Below the pieces are notes generated by a model that saw only the letters and a program-made list of their open reading frames with translations, searched no databases and was not told the DNA's origin. A program made the translations under genes and the position numbers. DNA of 64,000 nucleotides, taken from IMG/VR virus record IMGVR_UViG_3300023175_000009; one strand, given 5' to 3'. Below are positions 1 through 10,800 of this stretch, one piece after another (positions within the stretch are counted from its first letter, which is position 1; each line of letters opens with the position of its first letter). The stretch is from a virus.

Positions 1-1052
1 AATATTAATCTGCTAGCACAAGCAACAGAGTATTTACAATTAGAACAATCTTTTACTTTACTAGATTTATTTATACCTTTTGTTACTAATTGATTTTTTC
101 TTTCTAATATTTCTTCAAATGATAAACCCGTTACATCTAAATTTTTATTTTGTAAAAAGAACGCTTGTTCATGAAGCATTACATTTAAATGCGTTGTAGG
201 CCCATCTTTACCAGGAATAACAGTTAATCCTATAAAATTAATAGAATTACAATATAGATTAGCCATAGACATTGTTGCATTATAAGCATTATCCTCGTCT
301 ATAACTTTACCTAAAAATTCGTTCCAACTATCTAAATTTCTTTTTTGAATAAAAGTAGATGGTGCTCTAGAAAAAGCAGGATTCATTTCTACAATTGTTT
401 CGTATTCATTTAGAGATTTTTGTATAATTCTATTATATGTTTCTTTATCTATTTTTTTACCAACAACATTAGATGCTTGTAATGTCCAAGACCAATCCAT
501 TTTCTTTGGAGTTTCATTTTTAAAGAACTCTATTTTTTCCATTACATCATTAAAGTATTGATCGTCATCTAACATTTGATCTATTTTACTAATAGGCATA
601 ATAAATTCAATAATCATATCTCTTCTGAATTTATTTTCATCGTCTAATATAGAAAATATTTCTTTTACTTTTTCCATTGTTGCTAAATCAAATTTAGCAG
701 GAGCAGCAATACGAGCACCTACATGCTCTCTCATTATTTCTTGTATTGTTTGATTATTTAGAATTTCTTTTGTGTTATTTGCTGTAAAAAAATCTGTAGG
801 TCCTATTACAAATTCTCTAAGATTTAATCCTGTTCTTTTTACGCCATCAGCTAATTCTTTTGCTCTATCTAATATTTGCTGATTCATGCTTTTATCAATA
901 TTTTTATTAACAAAACATCCTAAGCAGCCATGATCGCATCCAGATAAAACTTCTGTTTGAATAAGCACATCAAATTTCTGAGCATTCGAAGGTGGCAGGC
1001 TTTCAGGACCAGAATATCTCATTTGTTTACAATATGATTTTTGCATACTCAT
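1..1052 (-). CDS. Divergent radical SAM protein with C-terminal SPASM/twitch-like Cys cluster (truncated by the window edge, >=350 aa)
   Basis: Not in the ORF track. Manual translation from ATG at 1052 is open to the edge: MSMQKSYCKQMRYSGPESLPPSNAQKFDVLIQTEVLSG-CDHGCLGC-FVNK... (CxxxCxxC at 915-938) and ...KVKD-CSNCKYSVAC-ASRLI (CxxC-x5-C at 18-47). Starts 2 nt after the upstream stop. Confidence 0.85.
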   Translation of the reverse strand, partial: MSMQKSYCKQMRYSGPESLPPSNAQKFDVLIQTEVLSGCDHGCLGCFVNKNIDKSMNQQILDRAKELADGVKRTGLNLREFVIGPTDFFTANNTKEILNNQTIQEIMREHVGARIAAPAKFDLATMEKVKEIFSILDDENKFRRDMIIEFIMPISKIDQMLDDDQYFNDVMEKIEFFKNETPKKMDWSWTLQASNVVGKKIDKETYNRIIQKSLNEYETIVEMNPAFSRAPSTFIQKRNLDSWNEFLGKVIDEDNAYNATMSMANLYCNSINFIGLTVIPGKDGPTTHLNVMLHEQAFFLQNKNLDVTGLSFEEILERKNQLVTKGINKSSKVKDCSNCKYSVACASRLI

Positions 1053-1054
1053 TT

Positions 1055-1438
1055 TTATCTTCTCCCTCTAGAGCCGTGACAACTTTGGTGACAACTATTG
1101 TGACATAGATAAGCATTAACTGACCTATTACTTATTCTACCTTCAATTACATCTACGGTTCTTCTTACTAAATCTTCTAATGTATCAACAATATCCTGAG
1201 CATACATTAAATTACCACTGGTAATACCACCATCTACATAATTATTATATATACTGTTTGATGCGTTTACATACTCAAATCTAGAATATGCATATGTTGT
1301 TCCAGTACTAGACCACTGACCTTGTGTAGCTCGTCTATATACATTAAGTGTCCATCGCATGGTTTTATCAAACGTTCTTAACTGTGCTCCTCCATACGAC
1401 TGCACCCAAGAATTAATATCACCTCTATCTGCAGTCAT
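1055..1438 (-). CDS. 127-aa protein with C-terminal (CHxS)3 Cys/His repeat; putative radical SAM substrate (paralog 2)
   Basis: Ends AYLCHNSCHQSCHGSRGRR, aligns over nearly its full length with 1441..1821, and abuts the rSAM gene. Confidence 0.8.
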   Translation of the reverse strand: MTADRGDINSWVQSYGGAQLRTFDKTMRWTLNVYRRATQGQWSSTGTTYAYSRFEYVNASNSIYNNYVDGGITSGNLMYAQDIVDTLEDLVRRTVDVIEGRISNRSVNAYLCHNSCHQSCHGSRGRR

Positions 1439-1440
1439 AG

Positions 1441-1821
1441 TTATCTTCTCCCTCTAGAGCCGTGGCAACTTTGGTGACAACTATTGTGACACAAATAGGC
1501 ATTAACTGTCCTATTACTTATTCTACCTTCTATTAAATCAACAGTTCTTCTTACAAGACTTGTTATAGAATCAGTAACATCAGCAGATCTAATAATACCG
1601 CCTGTATAAATTCCGCTATCTAAATAATTATTATATAAGGAATAAGCGGCATTTACATACTCAAATCTATGATAAGAATAGTGCGTGCCAGTGCTAGACC
1701 ACTGACCTTGTGTAGCTCGTCTATAAGTATTAACACTTAATAGTATGGTTTTATCAAACGTTCTTAATTGACTTCCTGCTTGACTTTGCATACTAGAATT
1801 TAATTGTGAATATGTTGGCAT
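1441..1821 (-). CDS. 126-aa protein with C-terminal (CHxS)3 Cys/His repeat; putative radical SAM substrate (paralog 1)
   Basis: Same C-terminal tail as 1055..1438. The ATG directly abuts the stop of the 3194-aa fibre gene. Confidence 0.8.
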   Translation of the reverse strand: MPTYSQLNSSMQSQAGSQLRTFDKTILLSVNTYRRATQGQWSSTGTHYSYHRFEYVNAAYSLYNNYLDSGIYTGGIIRSADVTDSITSLVRRTVDLIEGRISNRTVNAYLCHNSCHQSCHGSRGRR

Positions 1822-4800
1822 TTATACTTTAACCTCAACTTCTCCATTACCATCGCAATCACCTACTGCAACGCCTATTATCTCAAAAGTATTTATATCT
1901 TTTGTGCCATAATCAACAGCTTTTCCTCTACCGTCTTTATCTGCAATGATCCATTGTCCTTTTTTAGCAGTACCATTAATTAATACTGGAATACGTCCTT
2001 TAAGAGCAATAAATGGATTCATCTTAGCTTTCTTAGATTTACTATCTGGTTTAATTCCCATATCGTTCATTTGTACCGCAGGATTAGTAGAAACTGCACC
2101 GGCTAATGGCATACCAGGTTGGAAAAGAGTAACCTCTGAATCACCATCTAAGTTAATACCAAGTACAGTACCTGGCTCATAGATATCATCTGCTCTATAG
2201 CGCTCCGCCAAGTCAGCCCATCTTGCTGATGTTGCTGTACCAACATATAAACCGTTATTATCGATATATGATCTGTTAGAACCATTACGACGGAACTGAA
2301 CGATAAGTGATGAGTTACCACCAGATTCTAAATAGAAACGGTTTGAGTGGTATTCAAGTTTACCAGCGTCGTTACCAATGTTACCAGTCCAAGATTCGTT
2401 ACTAGATTCGATAAAGCGAAGAGTTGGTGAGTAACCATCTTGGTGGCGAGTTTGTAGCTGCCATTGACCTGCCGCATTTAAGTCACCAGACCAAGTTCTA
2501 TCACCATACATCCAACGACACATTGTACCATTATAAGCAGCTCTTAACTGTAAGCTCATTGAAGAACTGTTGTTGTTACCAGTTATAGCATAGTATTGGC
2601 CTTGATATGAATAAGCGTGTACACCAGTGCCTTGGTTGTAGATACCTTCACGAGAGTTATCATTACGGAACCAGTTACGGGCGTAGATTTCGGTAGCTCT
2701 TATATAACTATTAAAATTAGATCCAGATGCTGGATTTACATAGTAACCAGTATTATCTGAATCATAGAAGATAGGTGAACGCATACTTGACGAAGCATAA
2801 GCTACACCACCAACATGTAATCTATAAGAATCAGGTTCACCACCACTTAATGATAAGTTACCATTGTGTTTAAGTTGGAAGTATTCGGAACCGTGCGATG
2901 TCCAATCTTGTGGGAATGGAGAATTATTACCCCAGCGAATAACAAATGAACCAACATAACGATCATCTGCACCCAATGCCCAAACTTGGTCTTGCCCCGC
3001 AGAGTTGGTAGCGTCTGAGAACTCAATACACGGATCACCTGCATAACCAAACATGCGAATACGAGCATAACCATTACTAGCAGATTGCATCGTTAGCCAA
3101 GTGTCATTATTATCTCCATCTATTTGAATATAACCACGAAGACGAGCTGCTCTACCACTATCTGCTGGATTAATATAATATGTTGTATTATTTGAATCGT
3201 AGAAGATTGGTGCTCTTAATGAAGAACCAGCTTGTAGGCTGTTATTAACATAAACGTTATTACCACCCAATGGATCAGTCGCGTTGTTAACCGACATGAC
3301 CTGACCAGCCATGTTGTAATCATTATAGAAACGAATACCATTATAGTCAGCATTTGCACCAAGTTTAATACCAGTATGGAACGCAATACGTAGATCAGGA
3401 TAACGATAAGACCAACCACCACCTTCACGGAAGATAGCGTAAGCTTCAGATCTACCAGAATCCCAGTATAAACCAAATCTATCGTCTGAAGAAACACTAC
3501 CGTCGTTTGTAAAGTAGTTTGCACGAACTTGGTTCATTCGAGATGTACCGTTAGGATCTACATAATAATTGGTATCATTAGAATCATAGAAGATCGGTGA
3601 ACGTATATCTGAACTATGCCAGAGGTAATCAGTATTTAGTCTACCATATCGAGTACTACCTCGGTACCATTCCATAATTTCTGTATTATCAGAAGAGTAT
3701 TGGTCTGCATCAACAACAGTACGTGCTTGCAATCTAATATAATCAGAAGAACCAGTACCGTCATTTTCAGCACCAAGTACTAAAGCACCGTTTTCACCGG
3801 AATTATCATAGTCTGGATCATATGAAATATATGCAAAGTCAGATGGAGCATTTACACCAGATCTAAAGTAAATAGTAATAGGCTGATCATTTCCTGAATG
3901 GAATTCAGCAGCGGTATTATTAAGCATATCACGTAATTTACCGCCTAAATGCGATGGAGAGATATACGAAGAAGATCCTGCGGAATCTGCGTGGCGACCT
4001 TTGAAGTATAATTTACCTCGCAAATCAATATAATTAATTATAGAAGTACCACCAAAATCACCATAATAATTAGTATCGTTTCGATCATAGTATTGTTGAG
4101 CATAATTAGATCCAAGAGTTAATACGTTACCATCACCACGAATAATCATATTCCATTGACCACCGAGACCACCATCACGGAATGAAATATCTTCGCCACC
4201 CGATGTTGCAATAATTAGGTGAGCATCATTTGATTCAGTAGCTTGAATATAACCACGAATATTACCACCCGAAGTTTGATACTCAGTATATCCACCAGAA
4301 GCATGTCTTGTAATATTCACTATTGAAGTACTAGCTGGATCCATATAATAACTAGTATTATTTTCATCATAATATCTTGAAGCATATAAGTCATTACCAC
4401 TACCATCTGGATTAGAATTATATACAGCGATATTACTATAAGAAGAATATGCAGTGCTTGATCCCCAAGATTGTTGCCACAATCTCATTTGGCGACCAGA
4501 TTTCTTAAACATTAATAAGTTATCTGAACCACCAGAAGCATCTGTGTAAGATCTTAAGTGTAAGTAATCAGCGTATGGCGAAGCGTTGTCGTTGTTCCAA
4601 GAAGTGAAACCAAACTTCAATTCACCAGCAGTGTCTTCACTTGGAGCAATAATGCGATTATCTCTTCTTCTTAGAGATCCTGAGCTTCCTGTAATACCAG
4701 GCGCAGTAATATCTTCAAGAACTGTTAGTCCGCGGAATCTTGATGTACTATTTGGATTCGCGTAGAAACCGGTATCGTTAGAATCATAGAAGATTGGAGC

Positions 4801-7800
4801 ACGGTAAGAACCGCGGGCTTCCATGTATCCTGACGCTGTTCTTTCTTCCCAAGTACCGTTATAATACAAATATACTCTAGCATCACGCTCGATGTAAACA
4901 GCCCATTCATTGCTTGGAGTTTTTAAACCAAAATGATTATCATCGTCAAAGTAAATGCGACCACAATCAGTACTATCTGAGTCGCGGAAAATGATTTGAC
5001 CATGATCACTGTTATTAGAACGAATATTTAATTCTTCACCATTAGTATCGTAAATATCCCAACCGTTTGGAGTTTGGAATCTATTAGCTTGCATAACATT
5101 GGTAATAGAAGTACCAGCAAAATTACCATAATAAGATGTATCATCTTGATCATAGAAAAGAGGAGAACGCATAGAGTTAGGTGCATAACCATATCCTCCA
5201 CGAGTACCTAATTGTTCTACGTTATCTGCATAAAGTTGTACAAAATGCGCATTACCATTACCTGGACCATTAGTATTGAATCGAGCGATATCAAAGGCAC
5301 CAGCAGAACCACCTCGGATTCTAAGACCTTGATAAGTATTCCAATACATACCATCGAAGCCACCAGAACCTGCAGCACCACGAGTAGTAGGACCACCATA
5401 ATAATTGTTCCAAAGAACGTGGTTTGTATCTGTTCCAGAGTTAAACCAAATGGCATTTTCGTTATAATCTCTTTGTAATTTAAGACCACCAGTTCTCAGA
5501 TATAAATTAGCAAAGATGGATGAACCTGCTGGATCTGCATAGTAGTTTCCATCATTGGAATCATAGAAACGCTGGGCTCGCATATAACGACCAGCCCAAA
5601 CATCACCAACAGAATCAACACGCATGCGCATTGTACCATTGCCAGTTCCAGAAGTAAACTGTAGGTTACCACCTGAGTTTGTACTTAGGTTATCTGGTGA
5701 TTCGTAAATCTTCCAATCATTACCGCCTTTCCAACGAATACCTTCGCTTGGACCTGGATCATTAAACGTTAAGTTGTTTAAGTTATCAATAGTACCATTG
5801 TTCCAATTCCAAGTACCCTGAACGTTACCGCCTGAAGCAGGATCCATATATCTTGCTGTATTATCACGATCTCTAAAGTTGCTTGCATCAACTGTATTTA
5901 ACTTAGATGTTGAAGCAGGATCTAAATAGAAAGTATTGTCATCTGAATCATAATAACGAGGTGCATACACATTAGATGTAGTACGTATATTAGCTCTTAA
6001 TTGAGATCGTTTAAGAATTGGTGGACCAAATTCTCTAATAGCTCCACCAGCACTATAGTTCATTAATAAAATTAAACGAACATATTTAACTGCTCCACCA
6101 TCAGATCCATTATATGGAGTATGAGATGTTGGAAGTGTATGATGCCCACTAAATGTTCTCCAATTAGTGTCTGTTAAATTATTACCACCTACAACAAAAT
6201 ATGTAATACCATCATTTGTTGCAATTGGCTTTTTATCTTTATCATATCGGCGAACACCCATGTATAATAATCCGCCTGATCCTGAAATAAATCTGGCAGA
6301 AACTTCACCGTAAATTTCTTCACCTGGTTCTACAGCGATAAAGTCTGAATCAAATGTTCTATATCCAGATGTTCTTAATGCATAACTAGCATTAAATGGA
6401 CCATTATTATTTTTGGTATATTCTGATGTAGTTGTTGTAGGAGGATTTTCAATACCTGTTAATGTTTGAATTACTCGTTTTTCCCAGTAATCGTTACCAT
6501 CAAATAATGTATCGTCAGCAATACCAGTACCATATTGCTTTAATAGATTTAAGTTTTCATTACCGCCAGATATTGCAAAACTTCCAGCACTAACTTCTCT
6601 CTTAAACCAAGCATCTCCGTTGTCTAAATCAATAGCTGCTTTAGGATCGCCTGCTCCAACAAATATAACTTCGTTTGGATTAGCACTACCAAAATGACTT
6701 AATGATGATGTTGTTGTTGCCCAGAACATACCCCAGTTATTTGCTGGAGTCCAAACCCAATGGTTTGCATCTTGCGGTACAAGTAATTTATTTGTTGTTA
6801 CATCTCCTGTAGCAAATCCATCTCGAACAATTTGTCCATTAACTTTCAGCGCTGTAGCAGTATTTCCTGCAGCAAAATTTGCATAGTAATTACTGTTATC
6901 GCTATCATAGAAAATAGGTGAACGCATTGAAGTAGGTGCATAACCATATCCATTTTCAGCACTTAATTGATGTACACCATTAGAATATAATCTAGTAAAG
7001 TTATTATCTTGTGCGTATAGTACCCATTCGTTACGAGTATCATTATAGAGACCCATATTAGTACTACCATCTGAAATAAATGCCCAGTCATTGCTAATAG
7101 CATAACCAGCATATCCATTAGTAGAACCTTCTACTTTAATAGTACCGTAATCTCCATTTGGTGAATCGATATATCTTGAAGCAGTATCCATTTCAAATCT
7201 ACTACCTCTAACATTATTCATTACTGAAGTGCTAGCAGGATCTGTGTAGAATGAAGTATTATTACTATCATAAAATATTGGTGCTCTAAAACTATCGCTT
7301 GCTAATACATAATTGTAATATGCAATTAAAGCATCTTTTGAAGTATATGGACTAGCACTTTTCTTAAGACGTAAACGAATTGATTCGTTAGCATCATAGT
7401 CATTTCCAGCTTCAAGAATTAATGCACCTGTACCTGTGCCTGCCGGTGATTCACCATAAATTTTCCATCCATCAGTGTCACCCATTTCTTGGCCAATGTA
7501 ATAAGTAGGAAGATTAGCATTACCAAAATGACTAACACCAACCGTATTTTGCGGCATTGTAATACGAGCCATAACAGATGTACCAGCAAAATCACCATAG
7601 AAATTATTATCGTTGAAATCGTAATAAGTTGGGAAGTATGCATAATCATTTCCACTATAAGCACTAATACCGCCACCATCAAATTTAGTAAACTTTTGGA
7701 AATAAAATTCTGGTCTATCTGTTTGGAACTGAACGAAACTTGCGTTCATAGAACCAATATCTAAAAATCCTGTAGGAGTTTGTAATCTAAATGCATTTGA

Positions 7801-10800
7801 TGTATTAGGATCAATATAGAAATTATTATTTGATATATCACCAAATCTATCCGAATAAACATTTACAGCAAAATCTGCTGAATCATTATCAATGTTTAAT
7901 CTTTGAGTATTGCCAGTCCAAACTCTAAATGTATCATTTGCAGCAAAACCAAAATAGTTATCTGTATCTCCGTTGTGCTGAATATAATCATCAATACCAA
8001 TTCTATTAAGAACAGAAGTACCAGCTGGATCTAAATAATAATTCGCATCTGAATAATCGAGATATCTACCTGCTTGAATATCACCAGATGTATAAATTGT
8101 TTTATTGTTACTTACTCTTAAATAAGTAGAGTCGGTCATATACCAACCACCACCTTCACCAAATGTAAGTTCATTGTGTTTTATAAATGAGCTAGTACCA
8201 TTTCCAAATACAACTGCATCATCACTACCAGTTAATTGAACAGATCCATTAACATGTAATTTATTAGGATTAATACTACCAATTATAGGAGTGGCATCTG
8301 AATTAGCATATGTAATAGATTGGTCACCAACAATAACATTCATGCTCGAATCTACTGTTAGACCAAATGTTGCACCTGTATCAATAATACTCCATGCACC
8401 TGTTGATTCTATAACATTATAGAAATTATTAAGACCATCACCACGCTCACTTAAGATTTCTGTACCATCTGCATAGTAAGATGTAAATTTATTGTTTGTT
8501 GATAAAGGATTATTTCCAATATCAATTCTATTTAAGTGACTTAATGCATAATTACCATTACCACCAGATATTGCAAAAAGAGGATTACTTGTTGCTGCAT
8601 GAGCGCCATAAGGTGATATTGTTATACCACCATTACCAGTAGTATCATCCCATCTATCAACATCTGTTAAATTACCAAGTGCAATTCTACCACTAAGTGC
8701 TAATGCTGTAACTGTACTAGATGCACCAACATTCAAATAATTAGTTGTTCCTGTTGTTGCATAATAATAAGGTGCTCTTACTGGAACAGATGCTGCAACA
8801 TTAGAGCTAGTAATTGTTAATCTAGTTGCTGAGTCTGCATCAAATGCTATTTGATTATCAGTAAAAGAAAGTTTTGTATCAGTATCTCCATTATGGAATA
8901 AATCGCTATCAATACCAATAGAGCCTAAAGTTGAAGCACTACCTGGATCTAAGAAATAAGAATTATTGTCAGAATCATAATAACGAGGAGCATAAACATT
9001 TACAGCAAAATCTGCTGAATCAGTATCTATATTAAATCTTTGTACTCCACCTGTGAAAATTCTGAATGTGTCATCAGCTGGAAAACCAATATAAGTATCT
9101 TCGTCACCAATATGACGAATGTAATCCGCAATATCAATTCTACTAAGAATAGAAGTTCCTGCAGGATCTGCATAGTAAGTATTATCATTACTATCGTAAT
9201 AACGAGGAGCATAAACGTTTACACTAAAGTCTGCTGAGTCTAAATCAATACTTAATTTACTTGTATTATTTACAAATACTCTAAATCTTTGATTAGTATC
9301 AAATCCAAAGTATGTTGTAAGATCTCCTCTATGTCTAATATAATCATCAATATCAACGGTATTCATTTGAGAATTACCAGCCGCGTCTACAAAATATTGA
9401 GTATTATCTGAATCGTAATAGATAGGTGAACGCATTGCACCTGTTGCAAGAGCATAAGTACTTGTAATTCTGAATTCGTCATTTCCGCCAGCACTAAATC
9501 CAATAGTATCAGCACCATAACGATACATACCAGTATTATTATCTAATTCAAATGAGTATGTTGGTAAAGCTAAAGTACCAGCTGCTGCTGTAATTCTACC
9601 AGCAGTATTAATTGCGGTGCCTGTATTACTAAAGTCTCCAAAGTATGCTAAATTATCTGCATCATAATAAATGCTTGCATATGATGAAGATACTGAAATA
9701 GTTCCACCAAGGAAGTCATTATTTCCAATATTTACATCAGCATTAAAATTAAATCTATTTAAACCAAATCCACCAGATACTATTTCAAAGTTTACTGAAT
9801 GATCTGTCGCATTTGTTTCATCTTGATAATAACGAATATATCCTTGACCGTCTGTTGATTGGATTTGGAATCTTTCTGTTGCACTAGAACCAATACTAAT
9901 TTGAGCATTAGCTGTACCAGTATAAACATTTAAATTATAAAGCTGTGAATTACCATCCGGATCAACTAAGTAGTTAGTATCTGCAGAAGAAATAAATGAT
10001 GTACCTTTAATGTCATTAAAAGCATATACAAAATTATTATCGGCTTTTAATCTACTTGAACCACCAGTTTGAATATCTATTGTATCGCCTAAGAACTGGA
10101 TGCCTGTGTCTGAATCTCCATTATGCTTAATGTATTCATCTATACCAATTTGATTTAATACTGAATTTCCATCAGGATCTAACAAATAAGTATTATCTTC
10201 AACATCTACAAAACTTTTACCATAAACGTTTTCTTCTACAATCCAGTCATCATTTGTATCTAATCTTGCGGCATAATTAAATGTAGTATCTAAAAAACCA
10301 ATTTCACCAGCAGAAGAATAAATTGTTCTATTATTACCAGCGCCATCCATATAAATGTAAGCACCACCTGTACCAGTACCAACAGTTAATGTACCTTGTA
10401 CAGCATGATTTCCAGAAGTTACAGCACCAGTACTAGTTGCTCTTAATTTTGGACTTCCTCCATAAAGTACCTCACCATAAGATACTCCAGACTGATTCCA
10501 AAATGATGCAATACCAGCGTCTGCAAATGTAGAACCTTGCTTACCAGAAAGATATACGGTACCATTACCTACACCAGAAGCACCACCGGCCTCTATAGGA
10601 AACGAATTTGCAAAAGATGTAATTGTACCAGTTAAACTAGAAGAATCACCTATTAATAAACCTTGTGAGACACCACCAATTTGCCACTTATCAGAAGCTT
10701 CTATCCAAGTAAATGATGCGTTATCTAAAGTACCTCTTTCAACTTCGATACCAGCATTTTCTGATGGAGTGCTTCCTGTATAATTACTATTAAGAGTAAT

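Larger units (their letters stand above)
1055..1821. repeat. Tandem gene duplication (~385-bp unit)
   Basis: Near-identical blocks such as ttatcttctccctctagagccgtg.caactttggtgacaactattgtgaca (at 1055 and 1441) and ctagaccactgaccttgtgtagctcgtctata in both copies. Confidence 0.95.

Noticed and set aside
1060-1110. c-type heme-binding motifs in the CHxS tail
   Set aside because: Spacing is CxxxCH, not the canonical CxxCH, and there is no export signal; it cannot be wholly excluded but is unsupported.
1055-1821. DGR template/variable repeat pair
   Set aside because: Differences are not adenine-specific (mostly synonymous T/C changes in the tail), both copies are intact ORFs, and no reverse transcriptase is in the window.
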